Below, piece by piece: positions 19,926 through 29,726 of a stretch of 64,000 nt of DNA. Under the pieces are notes generated by a model, which saw only the letters and a list, made by a program, of their open reading frames with translations, did not search any database and was not told the origin of the DNA. The stretch's first letter is position 1, and each line of letters opens with the position of its first letter. The DNA comes from Thermoplasmata archaeon (GTDB lineage: Archaea; Thermoplasmatota; Thermoplasmata; Lutacidiplasmatales; UBA184). The stretch lies in the NCBI GenBank assembly GCA_035502455.1, contig DATJUI010000011.1, forward strand, positions 15,951-79,950. The letters are read 5' to 3'. The position numbers and the translations under genes are program-made.

Positions 19926-20039
19926 CGAACCCCTTCGCCCCGCCCGGCACCGAGCGCGGTGCCGGCCGCCTTCCTCCACCGCCGTCCGCCGTCGCCCGTA
20001 GGTTAAAGGGCCGGGAGCCCGTCGCCGCTCCCGCGAGGC

Positions 20040-20258
20040 ATGGAGCCGTCGACCCGGGGCGCGATCGCCGGCTGCCTCTTCGCGGGGGCCGCGATGATCT
20101 CGTTCGTGTCGTACCTGGTCACGAACAGCCTCCTCTCGCTGCTCGCGGGTGGTCTGTTCGCGCTGGCCGGCGCGGTCTGGCTCGTGCGCGCCTTCCGGCC
20201 GCCCGTCGCGCCCGCCCCGGGCCCGGCCGCCCCCGCGGGCGGTGCGAAGTCTTCTTAA
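20040..20258 (+). CDS. Small two-TM hypothetical membrane protein
   Basis: Two hydrophobic helices; TTAAA box about 37 nt upstream; fills the intergenic gap. Confidence 0.6.
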   Translation: MEPSTRGAIAGCLFAGAAMISFVSYLVTNSLLSLLAGGLFALAGAVWLVRAFRPPVAPAPGPAAPAGGAKSS

Positions 20259-20282
20259 CACGAGGCGGGTAGGCCGCTCGCC

Positions 20283-20684
20283 ATGCGCACGAAGCCGGTC
20301 GAGGGCGTGCTGCGCCTCGATGTCGTCACGCTGGATCCGCGACCGGCCGTCTACCTCGCGTACGACGGGCTCGCGGGGATCAGCCAGCGGCCCTTGCTGC
20401 GCGACCTGCTGGACGAGCTCGAGCGCAAGGGACCCGCGGAGCTTGCCAAGTTCCTCGACGCGCTCCGTCGCCACCGGTCCGGCCAGATCCACGTCTACTT
20501 TTCCGACTACGTGAGCTACGGGATCGGTGGGGGCGATGCGGCCGCCGAGTTCTTCCTCGGCACGTTCCTGCTCCTCCACGAGCCGGCGCGGCCCGCGGGC
20601 AAGGAGCCGGCCGTCCCCGAGCACCTCGCGCTGTTCCGGCCGGGCGGCGTCGAGCGGCTCTCGCTCGAAGGGACCGTCTCCTAG
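20283..20684 (+). CDS. Hypothetical protein
   Basis: 133 aa with normal globular composition and GC3-rich codons; no motif recognised. Confidence 0.65.
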   Translation: MRTKPVEGVLRLDVVTLDPRPAVYLAYDGLAGISQRPLLRDLLDELERKGPAELAKFLDALRRHRSGQIHVYFSDYVSYGIGGGDAAAEFFLGTFLLLHEPARPAGKEPAVPEHLALFRPGGVERLSLEGTVS

Positions 20685-20744
20685 GCCGCTGCGCGACGAG
20701 ACTTATCCCCCCACGGCCGTCTCGGGGCTCGTCGTTCGAGGCCG

Positions 20745-22220
20745 ATGGTCGAGGAGTCACCGCTCGAGCACGAGCGACGGGAGAAGATCGGGCGGCTCCG
20801 GGCCCGAGGCACCGAGCCGTTCCCCTGGTCGTTCCCGGGCCGGGTCGCGACGAGCGTCGTCCGGGCCGCGGCCGCCCGGCTTCGGCCGGGGGAGGAGGAC
20901 CTGGCCCATCCGCTCCGGGTCGCCGGCCGTCTCCGGGCGATCCGGGTGCACGGACGGACCGCGTTCGCCGACCTCGACGACCTCGAAGGGTCGCTCCAGC
21001 TGCTCCTGCGCGTCGACGAGCTCGGGGAGCGCGGCTTTGCCGACTGGATCGCCGACCTCGACCCGGGCGACCTCGTCGGCGCCGACGGCGCCCCGGCGGT
21101 CTCGCGGCGCGGGGAGCCGTCCCTCCTCGTCTCGTCGCTGACGCTGCTCGCGAAGGCGATCGCCCCTCCGCCGGAGAAGTTCCACGGTCTCCAGGACGTC
21201 GAGGAACGGATCCGGCGCCGGTACGTCGAGCTGCTCGCGTCGCCCGAGAGCCGCAACCGCTTCCGGTTGCGCTCCCTGCTCGTCGCCGAGACCCGTCGGT
21301 TCCTCGCCGACGCGGCGTTCCTCGAGGTCGAGACCCCCGTGCTGCTCCCGGTCGCCGGCGGCGCCGCGGCCCGTCCGTTCGTCACCCGCTCCCACTACCT
21401 CGACGAGGAGCTCCAGCTCCGGATCGCGCTCGAACTGCCCCTCAAGCGCCTCCTCGTCGGGGGCCTCGAGCGGGTGTTCGAGATCGGCAAGTGCTTCCGG
21501 AACGAGGACATGGATACGACCCACTCGCCCGAGTTCACGATGCTCGAGCTGTACTGGGCGTACGCCGACTACCACGACATGCGCGGGCTCGTCGAACGAC
21601 TGTACACGGCGCTGGGGCGGCGGGCCACCGAGGCGTATCCGGACTCCCGGGAGATCGCCGAGGCCGCACGGGCGTTCGCCGCCGGATTCTCGACCATCGA
21701 CTTCGTCGACGAGCTCGAGCGCCGCAGCGGGATCCCGGACCTCGGGTCGAAGGAGCCGGCCGAGCTGGCCCGGCTCGTCCGCGCGGCCGGCTCGACGGTC
21801 CCGGCCGACTCCCCGCCGGGGGTCTTCCTCGACAAGCTGTTCGAGCACTACGTCGAGCCGACGCTGACCGCGCCGACGTTCGTCGTCGATCACCCCGAGA
21901 CGACGACCCCCCTCGCGAAGCGCCACCGCGCGAAGCCGGGTCGCGTCGAGCGGTTCGAGTTCTACTTCCGGGGCTTCGAGCTCGGCAACGCCTACACCGA
22001 GCTCAACGATCCGGACGAGCAGGAGCGCCGCTTCCGGGCGCAGCTGAGCGCCCGCGGCGCGGAGCAGTATGCGTTCGACGAGGACTTCGTCCGGGCGCTC
22101 CGCTACGGACTCCCGCCGTGCACGGGCGTCGGGATCGGGGTCGACCGGATGGTGATGGCGCTCACGGGCACGCCGTCGATCAAGGAGGTCATCCTCTTCC
22201 CCCAGACCCGGCGCGCGTAG
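20745..22220 (+). CDS. lysS: Lysine--tRNA ligase, class II
   Basis: OB anticodon domain, EVETPVL..GGAAARPF, FRNEDMD..HSPEFTMLE, GLPPCTGVGIGVDR. Confidence 0.96.
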   Translation: MVEESPLEHERREKIGRLRARGTEPFPWSFPGRVATSVVRAAAARLRPGEEDLAHPLRVAGRLRAIRVHGRTAFADLDDLEGSLQLLLRVDELGERGFADWIADLDPGDLVGADGAPAVSRRGEPSLLVSSLTLLAKAIAPPPEKFHGLQDVEERIRRRYVELLASPESRNRFRLRSLLVAETRRFLADAAFLEVETPVLLPVAGGAAARPFVTRSHYLDEELQLRIALELPLKRLLVGGLERVFEIGKCFRNEDMDTTHSPEFTMLELYWAYADYHDMRGLVERLYTALGRRATEAYPDSREIAEAARAFAAGFSTIDFVDELERRSGIPDLGSKEPAELARLVRAAGSTVPADSPPGVFLDKLFEHYVEPTLTAPTFVVDHPETTTPLAKRHRAKPGRVERFEFYFRGFELGNAYTELNDPDEQERRFRAQLSARGAEQYAFDEDFVRALRYGLPPCTGVGIGVDRMVMALTGTPSIKEVILFPQTRRA

Positions 22221-22260
22221 CGCCGGGGCGCGTATCCCGCGGGGGGCGGAGGCGTCGGCG

Positions 22261-23052
22261 ATGGAGGCGCACGTCGACCCCCCGCCCCTCGCCATCGAGC
22301 AGCTGCGCGTCGTCTACGGCGAGCGGCCCGCGGTCGACCGGCTCTCGCTCTCGGTGCGACCCGGCGAGATCTACGGACTGCTCGGCTCGAACGGGGCCGG
22401 GAAATCGAGCACGATCAAGTCGATCGTCGGCCTCGTGCGGCCCGTCGGCGGCTCGATCCGGGTCTTCGGGCTCGACCCGATCGCGACCCCCGTCGCCGCG
22501 AAGGCCCAGATCGGGTACGTGCCCGAGACCAGCCTGCTCTACGAGGCGCTGACGCCCCGGGAGTTCCTCGAGTTCGTCGCGAGCGTCCGCCGACTCGAGG
22601 CGCGCGCCGCGTCGGAGCGGATCGCCGCGTACGCGACCGCCTTTCGGCTCGAGACCGAGCTCGAGGAGCCGATCCTCACGCTGTCGCAGGGGACCCGGCA
22701 GAAGGTCCTGATCCTCGGCGCTCTCCTCCACCAGCCGCCGCTCCTCGTGCTGGACGAGCCGCTCCACAGCCTCGACCCGCGCTCGGTGCGCATCATGAAG
22801 GAGCTCCTCGCCCGGTACGTCACGGTCCCGGGCCGCGGGGTCCTGTTCTCGACGCACACGATGGAGGTCGCGGAGCAGCTCTGCCATCGGATCGGGATCC
22901 TGGACCACGGGGTCCTGCGCGGCGAGGGGACGCTGGCGGAGCTGCGCGGTCGGGTGGCGCAGGGGGACGCGACGCTCGAGGAGATCTTCCTTCGCCTCAC
23001 GGAGGAAGCGTCCGGCGTCGCCGCGGCGGTGAACGCGCTCGAGGGGCGGTAG
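22261..23052 (+). CDS. ABC transporter ATP-binding protein
   Basis: GSNGAGKS Walker A, LSQG signature variant, LVLDEP, H-loop STH. Confidence 0.92.
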   Translation: MEAHVDPPPLAIEQLRVVYGERPAVDRLSLSVRPGEIYGLLGSNGAGKSSTIKSIVGLVRPVGGSIRVFGLDPIATPVAAKAQIGYVPETSLLYEALTPREFLEFVASVRRLEARAASERIAAYATAFRLETELEEPILTLSQGTRQKVLILGALLHQPPLLVLDEPLHSLDPRSVRIMKELLARYVTVPGRGVLFSTHTMEVAEQLCHRIGILDHGVLRGEGTLAELRGRVAQGDATLEEIFLRLTEEASGVAAAVNALEGR

Positions 23053-23056
23053 CGGG

Positions 23057-24724
23057 ATGGGCTGGGCGGAGGCGCGCCGGTGGTCCGACGTCGCCTTCGG
23101 CGAGGTCGCGCTGCAGGCGATCTTCGCCTTCCGTCAGGGCAACCTCCCCGCGCCCGAGGACCCGCACCGCATCGTCCGCAAGGCGCGGCGCCGGGTCGTG
23201 CAGAGCAAGGCGATCATCAGCGTCTTCCTCGCCCTGATCGCGCTCGTGGCGGCGGTCGCCCTGCGCTCGGCCGGCACGATCGTCGGGAGCGGGTTCGTCC
23301 CGTCGACGCTCGCCCCCGGGCTGTTCGACGCCGGGATCGTCACGGGCCTCCTGAGCCTCGACATCGCCTTTCTCTGGTGGACCGGCCTCCAGGTGCTCCC
23401 GACGTTCCTCTCGGCGGAGGTGCTCCCGGTGCTGGAGCCGCTCCCGATCGACGACCGCACGCTGCGGCAGACCGCGGCCCTGCTGTACGTGCGACTGTTC
23501 GACCTCCCGGCCCTCACCGTCCTGGTCGCGACCCCGGTGTTCGTCGGCCTCGCGGTCGGGCCGTGGGCCGGGGTCGCGGTCGTGCCGGGGGCCGTGGCGG
23601 CCGTCGCGTTCGCGCTCGCCCTGTCGCTGCTCACCGCGCGCTTCTTCGTGCGGCGGGTACAGGGCGCGCGCGGGGGGGGCGGATCGACCGCGCTCCGGTG
23701 GGCGTACCTCCTCCTCTGGGTGATCCCGGCGTTCGGCCTCTTCGCCTTCGTCACCGCCGCGCCGGCCCTGTTCGAGGCCCTCGACGCGATCGCGCTCCGG
23801 GGGCCGTCGGTCCCCGCCTACCTCCTGCTCGCCGCCTTCCCGTTCGCGCTCGCGAGCCTCCCCGCGGTCGCGGCCCAGGGGCCGGCCGGGTTCGGTCTCC
23901 CGACCGGCGGGGTCGTCCTGGGCGCCGCGGCGGTCGGCTACCTGGCGCTCGCGGGGTGGGCCGTCGTCTGGACCCTGCGGAGCGTCCGGACGTTCGGCCT
24001 CGCGCCCGCGCTCGCGCCGGCCGCGGGGCCGACGCCGCGGTACGACGTCCACCCGACGTCGCCCGCGTGGGCGGTGCTCGTGAAGGACCTGCGGATCGCG
24101 AGCCGGACCCCCGGCTATGCGTTCCTCCTGCTCCTCCCGATCCTCGACGCCGCGGCAATCGGCCTCTGGACGTACGCCTCGGCGAGCGCCGCCTCGGCCG
24201 CCCTGGCCCTCGGCCTCGCCGCCGTCGCCACGGCCGCGTTGCTCGCAACCTTCTTCGGCCCCGCGTTCTTCGCGATCGAGGTGAACGCGTACTCCTACGG
24301 TCGCGCGCTCCCGCTCCCCGACCGGGCGGTGCTGCTGGGCAAGGTCGCGCTCGTCGCGCTCCTCTACCTCGTCGCGGCCGGGATCGTGCTCGGACTCTCG
24401 GCGGCCCGGGTGTTCGATCCGCTCGTGTTCGCGGCGTTCGTCGCGGCCGAGCTGCCGGCCGTGGTCGCGGCGTCGATGCTCGCGCTCGGGATCCTGTTCC
24501 ACCGTGCCCGGCGCCGGGGGCTGCCGATCGTCAACCTGTACGCCGGCACGTGGTACGCGGTCCTGGTGTCGATCCCCGCCCTGATCGTCGCGGGGGTGCC
24601 GCTCCTGATCTTCCACGACCTCAGCGCGGCCGGCGCGTACCCGGGACTGGCGGGGATGGGGGCCGGGGCGCTCGCCGAGCTCGCGTTCTGCGCCCCGTTC
24701 GCGCTCGCGGGGGGGTCGACCTGA
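23057..24724 (+). CDS. ABC-2-type multi-pass membrane permease
   Basis: More than 12 hydrophobic segments; directly follows ABC ATPase; KDLRIASR motif. Confidence 0.8.
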   Translation: MGWAEARRWSDVAFGEVALQAIFAFRQGNLPAPEDPHRIVRKARRRVVQSKAIISVFLALIALVAAVALRSAGTIVGSGFVPSTLAPGLFDAGIVTGLLSLDIAFLWWTGLQVLPTFLSAEVLPVLEPLPIDDRTLRQTAALLYVRLFDLPALTVLVATPVFVGLAVGPWAGVAVVPGAVAAVAFALALSLLTARFFVRRVQGARGGGGSTALRWAYLLLWVIPAFGLFAFVTAAPALFEALDAIALRGPSVPAYLLLAAFPFALASLPAVAAQGPAGFGLPTGGVVLGAAAVGYLALAGWAVVWTLRSVRTFGLAPALAPAAGPTPRYDVHPTSPAWAVLVKDLRIASRTPGYAFLLLLPILDAAAIGLWTYASASAASAALALGLAAVATAALLATFFGPAFFAIEVNAYSYGRALPLPDRAVLLGKVALVALLYLVAAGIVLGLSAARVFDPLVFAAFVAAELPAVVAASMLALGILFHRARRRGLPIVNLYAGTWYAVLVSIPALIVAGVPLLIFHDLSAAGAYPGLAGMGAGALAELAFCAPFALAGGST

Positions 24725-27405
24725 GCGACGAGGGGCTGCCGCCCCGCTTCGACCCGCCGGCGATCGAGGCCCGCTGGCAGGCCGCCTGGGAGGCGGCGGG
24801 CGTCTTCCGGGCGCCCGACCGCCCCCGCGGACCGACCTACTCGCTGATCCAGCCGCCGCCGAACGTCACCGGAGTGCTGACGATCGGCCACATGCTGGGC
24901 GGGACGGTGATGGACATCCGGACCCGGTACCACCGGATGCGCGGGGACGCGACCCTCTGGGTCCCCGGGCTCGATCACGCCGGGCTGGCGACCCAGGTCG
25001 AGGTCCGGCGGCGGCTCCACCGGGCCGGGATCCGCTTCGAGGCGCTCTCCCGCGACGAGGCGCTCGGGGAGATCGAGCGGTGGAAGGACGAGCACGAGGC
25101 GCGGATCCGCGCGCAGACCCAGGCGGTCGGCTTCTCGATCGACCGCTCCCGCTACCGCTACACGATGGATCCGGCCAGCGTCCGGGCGACCCGGGAGGCG
25201 TTCGTCCGGCTCTACGAGGCCGGACTGATCTACCGCGGAGAGCGGATGGTCAACTGGGACCCGACCCTGCGGACCGCCCTCTCCGACCTCGAGGTCGTGC
25301 ATCGGGAGGAGACGACCTCGCTCGTCTACGTGCGCTACCCATGGGCGGACGGCACCCCGGGCGGCCTCGAGGTCGCGACGGTCCGGCCGGAGACGATCTT
25401 CGGCGACGTCGCGATCGCCGTGCACCCCGACGATCCCCGCTACCGGGACGCGGTCGGGCGCTCGGTGATGATCCCGCTGACCGACCGGACCGGTCCGGTC
25501 CTCGCGGACTCGGCGGTCGATCCGACGTTCGGCGCCGGGGCGCTCAAGATCACGCCCCGGCACGACCCGATCGACCGCGAGATCTTCCTTAGGCACCCCG
25601 AGCTCGCGGACCCTCCCGACATCTTCGACGCGTCGGCCCGGCTCGACGGCGATCGGGTGCCCGCCCCGTTGCGGGGGCTCGACCGCGACACGGCCCGCGC
25701 CCGGACGATCGAGGCGCTCGAACGCGAGGGGTTCCTGCTGCGCCAGGAACCGTACCGCCACTCCGTCGCGCGGTCCGAACGGTCGGATGCGGCGATCGAG
25801 CCCCGCCTCTCCACCCAGTGGTTCGTGCGCATGGCCCCGCTCGCCACTCCGGTGATCGACGCGGTCCGCCGCGGGGAGATCCGGATCCACCCCGAACGGT
25901 GGTCGCTCACGTTCTTCCGGTGGATGGAGTCGATCCAGGACTGGTGCATCTCGCGTCAGGTGCTCTGGGGCCATCCGGTCCCCGTGGTGACGTGCCGGTC
26001 CTGCGGGCGCGCCACGGTGACCGTCGAACCGCCGGTCGCCTGCGCGCACTGTGGGAGCCCCGAGCTCGCGGCCGACCCGGACGTGCTCGACGCCTGGTTC
26101 ACCTCGTGGCTCTGGCCGTTCGCCGCGCTCGGCTGGCCGGAGCGGACATCCGACCTCGCCCACTACGCGCCCACGGACGTCCTCGTCACCGGCCGCGACA
26201 TCATGTTCTTCTGGGTCGCGCGGATGATGATGGCCGGCTACTACTTCGAGGGCCAGCGCCCGTTCGCCGATGTCTACTTCACCGGCATGCTCCGCGACGA
26301 GCTCGGCCGGAAGATGTCAAAGCACCTCGGGAACTCCCCCGACCCGCTCGACGTCATCCGCGAGCACGGGGCCGACCCGCTGAGGTTCGGGCTCGTCTTC
26401 CCGAACCCGACCGACGAGGACGGGCCGTTCGGGGCGACCGCCCTCGAGGGGGGGCGCCACTTCCTCACCAAACTGTGGAACCTCGTGCGGTTCGCGCAGC
26501 CGTACCTGCCGCCGGGGACCCCGGCCCCCGCCGCGCCCCCCCGCCTCGGGCCGGAGGCGGCGCTCGAGGACCGCTGGCTGCTGACCCGGTACCGCCGGAC
26601 CGCCGAGGAGGCCGACGCGGCGATCGCCGGTTTCGAGCCGACGCGCGCCGCGACGGTGCTCTACGGATTCGTCTGGCACGACCTGGCCGATCGCTACGTG
26701 GAGATCGCGAAGGAATCGCTCGCGGGCCGTCGCGGCGAACCCGCCCGACGCGCGTCCGCGGCGACGCTCCTGTTCGTCCTCGAGCGGACCCTGCGGCGGC
26801 TCCACCCGTTCGTCCCGCACGTGACCGAGGAGCTGTGGCACGCCCTCCCGCACGACGGCGAGCTCCTCGCGGTCGCCCGCTGGCCCGATCCGGCCGAGGC
26901 GCCGATCGACCCGGCCGCGGAGCTCGAGATGGCACCGGTCCTCGAGGCGGTCCACCTCCTTCGCAACCTGAGGGCCGAGGGCCGGGTGCCGCTCGAGGCG
27001 GTCCCGCGGGCCTGGATCCGGCCGAGCGGGGCCGAGATCGCCCGCGTGCTCGCGGCGCAGCGGGGCACGGTGGAACGGCTCGCGAAGGTCGCGCCGCTCG
27101 AGCTGCTCGCCCCGGACGCACCGGCCCCGACCGGGGCGGGCAGCCGCGTCGCCCCCGTCGGCGAGTGCTTCCTGGCCCGGGCGGCGCCGACCGCGGCGGA
27201 CGCCGAGGCGCTTCAACGGGAGCGCGAGACGCTGGCGACCCTGCTCGCGAAGACCGAGGGACGGCTCGCGGACCCCGTCTTCCGGGGCCGCGCGCCGCCC
27301 GAGGTCGTGGCGGAGGCGCAGGGGAAGGCGGTCGACCTTCGGGACCGGATCCGACGCATCGACGAGCACTTGAGGCTCGGGGCGTCCGGAGGGCTCGCCC
27401 CATGA
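24721..27405 (+). CDS. valS: Valine--tRNA ligase (bacterial-type); apparent CTG start
   Basis: PPPNVTGVLTIGH, DHAGLATQ, DWCISRQ..WGH, FFWVARM, KMSKH, C-terminal coiled coil. Confidence 0.95.
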   Translation: MSDEGLPPRFDPPAIEARWQAAWEAAGVFRAPDRPRGPTYSLIQPPPNVTGVLTIGHMLGGTVMDIRTRYHRMRGDATLWVPGLDHAGLATQVEVRRRLHRAGIRFEALSRDEALGEIERWKDEHEARIRAQTQAVGFSIDRSRYRYTMDPASVRATREAFVRLYEAGLIYRGERMVNWDPTLRTALSDLEVVHREETTSLVYVRYPWADGTPGGLEVATVRPETIFGDVAIAVHPDDPRYRDAVGRSVMIPLTDRTGPVLADSAVDPTFGAGALKITPRHDPIDREIFLRHPELADPPDIFDASARLDGDRVPAPLRGLDRDTARARTIEALEREGFLLRQEPYRHSVARSERSDAAIEPRLSTQWFVRMAPLATPVIDAVRRGEIRIHPERWSLTFFRWMESIQDWCISRQVLWGHPVPVVTCRSCGRATVTVEPPVACAHCGSPELAADPDVLDAWFTSWLWPFAALGWPERTSDLAHYAPTDVLVTGRDIMFFWVARMMMAGYYFEGQRPFADVYFTGMLRDELGRKMSKHLGNSPDPLDVIREHGADPLRFGLVFPNPTDEDGPFGATALEGGRHFLTKLWNLVRFAQPYLPPGTPAPAAPPRLGPEAALEDRWLLTRYRRTAEEADAAIAGFEPTRAATVLYGFVWHDLADRYVEIAKESLAGRRGEPARRASAATLLFVLERTLRRLHPFVPHVTEELWHALPHDGELLAVARWPDPAEAPIDPAAELEMAPVLEAVHLLRNLRAEGRVPLEAVPRAWIRPSGAEIARVLAAQRGTVERLAKVAPLELLAPDAPAPTGAGSRVAPVGECFLARAAPTAADAEALQRERETLATLLAKTEGRLADPVFRGRAPPEVVAEAQGKAVDLRDRIRRIDEHLRLGASGGLAP

Positions 27406-28406
27406 GCCCCGCCCCGCGTCGCACGGCCCGCCCCCGACGGGCCCCGAAGCGCCCCGGACCGGCCCCGCCCCCGGCCGAGGGACCGATCGGCTCGATCCCG
27501 ATCCCGGGGGCGGCGAAGCCCCATCCCGAGCTCGGCATCGGCCTGTGGGCGCTCGGCCGCTGGAACCCGGAGCAGGAGGCGCACACGAAGGCGACGATCG
27601 GCCGCGCCTGGGAGCAGGGGTTCCGGTGGTTCGACACGGCCGAGGTGTACGGCGGCGGCCGGTCCGAGCGGATCCTCGGCGACGTCCTCGCGCGGACCCC
27701 GTCGGGCGGATCCGACGCCTACGTGGTCACCAAGGTCTCCTGGGAACATCTTCGGCCGGCGCAGGTCCACGCGAGCCTCGTCAACAGCCTGGAGCGGCTC
27801 GGGCGGCCGTCGGTCGACCTCTACCTCGTGCACGCCCCGGACCCGCACGTACCCCTGGGAGAGACGATGGGGGCGCTCGAGGCCGCCTGGAAGGCGGGCA
27901 CGGTCGGGGCGATCGGGGTCTCCAACTTCGGGGTCGAGGAGCTCGAGGCCGCCGCCGGGCACCTCGCCGAGGCCCGCATCGCGGTGAACCAGGTGCGCTA
28001 CAACCTGTTCGACCGGGACGAGGCGGAACCGGTCCGGGAGTACTGCGCCCGTCACGGCATCCTGCTCGAGGCGTACACCCCGCTCGCCCGGGGCCTGCTC
28101 CACGGACGGTACCTGGACGGCCGCCGGGTCCCGGCCGAGGTGCGACGGTTCGCGGCGCGCCTGTTCGAGCCGGACCGGCTCCCCGAGATCCTCGACCGGG
28201 CGCGCGCCCTTCGGGACCTCGCCCGCGAGGAGGGCGTGCCGATGGGCTCGCTCGCGCTCCACTGGCTCCGCCGGCAGGGGGCGGCGCCCGTCTTCGGCGC
28301 GAGCTCGCCGCCGCAGGTCGACGCCAACCTCGGGGCGTGGCGGGTCCGGCCGTCCGACGCGGCGCTCGATCGCGCGGACGCCATCGCGCGGGGCGACCGT
28401 GCTTAG
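27402..28406 (+). CDS. Aldo/keto reductase
   Basis: FDTAEVYG..SE, VTK, DLYLVHAP, IGVSNF, AYTPLARG. Confidence 0.92.
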   Translation: MSPAPRRTARPRRAPKRPGPAPPPAEGPIGSIPIPGAAKPHPELGIGLWALGRWNPEQEAHTKATIGRAWEQGFRWFDTAEVYGGGRSERILGDVLARTPSGGSDAYVVTKVSWEHLRPAQVHASLVNSLERLGRPSVDLYLVHAPDPHVPLGETMGALEAAWKAGTVGAIGVSNFGVEELEAAAGHLAEARIAVNQVRYNLFDRDEAEPVREYCARHGILLEAYTPLARGLLHGRYLDGRRVPAEVRRFAARLFEPDRLPEILDRARALRDLAREEGVPMGSLALHWLRRQGAAPVFGASSPPQVDANLGAWRVRPSDAALDRADAIARGDRA

Positions 28407-29052
28407 GTTCGTCGCCTTCGACATGGACGGCACGCTCGTCGACGTGGCGAGCTCGTGGGCCGCCGTCCACGATCACTTCGGCGAGCACAACGCGGAGGGG
28501 CTCCGCCGGTTCCTCGCGAACGAGATCGACGACCGTCAGTTCATCCGCTCCGACGTCGAGATCTGGTGGCGGCACGCGCCCGACCTGACGATCGAGGACC
28601 TCGAGGCGATCCTGGGCGGCGTCCCGCTCATGCGGGGCGCCCACGCGCTCGTGGACGGGCTGAGGGCGCGGGGCGTGCGCACCGCGATCGTGAGCGGAGG
28701 GATCGACCTCCTCGCCCGACGGATCGGCCGGGAGCTCGGGATCGACCTCGTGCTCGCGAACGGCTTCCGCGTCACCGCGGACGGCCGGCTCACCGGCGAG
28801 GGGATCGTCCGCGTGCCGATCCAGGACAAGGAGTCGGTCGTCGCGGCGCTGCAGGAGTCGCTCGGGGTCTCGCCGGCCGAGACGGCGTCGGTCGGCAACT
28901 CCCAGATCGACGTGGGGATGTTCCGGCGCAGCCGCGTCGGGGTCGCCTTCCAGCCCGAGGACGACGACGTGCGCCGCGCCGCGACCCACATCGTCACCGA
29001 GCGCGACCTCGCGCGGGTCCTCCCGCTCCTCGAGCGGTTCGGGGACGCGTGA
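28399..29052 (+). CDS. HAD-IB phosphatase (SerB-like)
   Basis: FDMDGTL, IVSGG, K, GNSQID. Confidence 0.85.
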   Translation: MLRFVAFDMDGTLVDVASSWAAVHDHFGEHNAEGLRRFLANEIDDRQFIRSDVEIWWRHAPDLTIEDLEAILGGVPLMRGAHALVDGLRARGVRTAIVSGGIDLLARRIGRELGIDLVLANGFRVTADGRLTGEGIVRVPIQDKESVVAALQESLGVSPAETASVGNSQIDVGMFRRSRVGVAFQPEDDDVRRAATHIVTERDLARVLPLLERFGDA

Positions 29053-29099
29053 CCGCCGCCGGATAGCCTTATCCCCGACCCGACGGTCCCGCTCTTCCC

Positions 29100-29717
29100 A
29101 TGGAGCCGTACTCCGCCCTCCTCGAGCGCGCGCGGGCGAAGCTGCCGCCGGTGCGCACCGACTCCGAGCGGTTCCAGGTCCCCGAACCGGACATCATGAC
29201 GGACGGGAAGAACACGGTCGTCCGCAACTTCCAGGAGATCTGCGGGGTCCTGCGGCGGGACCCGGACCACGTCATCGGGTACCTCGCGAAGGAGTTCGGC
29301 TGCCCCGGCGTGCTCGACCTGCCGCGCGCGGTGCTCAAGTCGCGCCTCGCGAAGGACGCGATCGCGCAGCGGCTGCGCGAGTACACGACGAAGTACGTGA
29401 TCTGCTCCGAGTGCAAGCGGCCCGACACCCACCTCGTGAAGGAGGGGCGGCTCACGCTCCTCGTCTGCGAGGCGTGCGGCGCGCAGCGTCCGGTCACGAT
29501 GCGCCGGGTGGTGGCGCCCGAGAAGCCGAAGGCGCCGGTCGTCGTCGGCGAGGTCTACCGGCTCACGATCGAGGACGTCGGACGGCGCGGCGACGGCGTC
29601 GCGAAGCGCGAGGGGTTCGTGATCTTCGTCACGGGCGCGAACCAGCGCGGATCGACGGTCAACGCGAAGGTGACGAAGGTCCTCGGCAACAACGCTTACG
29701 CGGTCGTCCAGCCGTAG
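29100..29717 (+). CDS. eif2b: Translation initiation factor 2 beta subunit with C-terminal TRAM domain
   Basis: ERF..P, YVICSECKRPDT, CEACGA, IEDVGRRGDGVAK. Confidence 0.95.
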   Translation: MEPYSALLERARAKLPPVRTDSERFQVPEPDIMTDGKNTVVRNFQEICGVLRRDPDHVIGYLAKEFGCPGVLDLPRAVLKSRLAKDAIAQRLREYTTKYVICSECKRPDTHLVKEGRLTLLVCEACGAQRPVTMRRVVAPEKPKAPVVVGEVYRLTIEDVGRRGDGVAKREGFVIFVTGANQRGSTVNAKVTKVLGNNAYAVVQP

Positions 29718-29726
29718 CGTCCCGCG

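Noticed and set aside
23080..24720. 1441-aa N-terminally extended ValRS
   Set aside because: The extension is a shadow frame of the permease gene; ValRS similarity begins at about 24721
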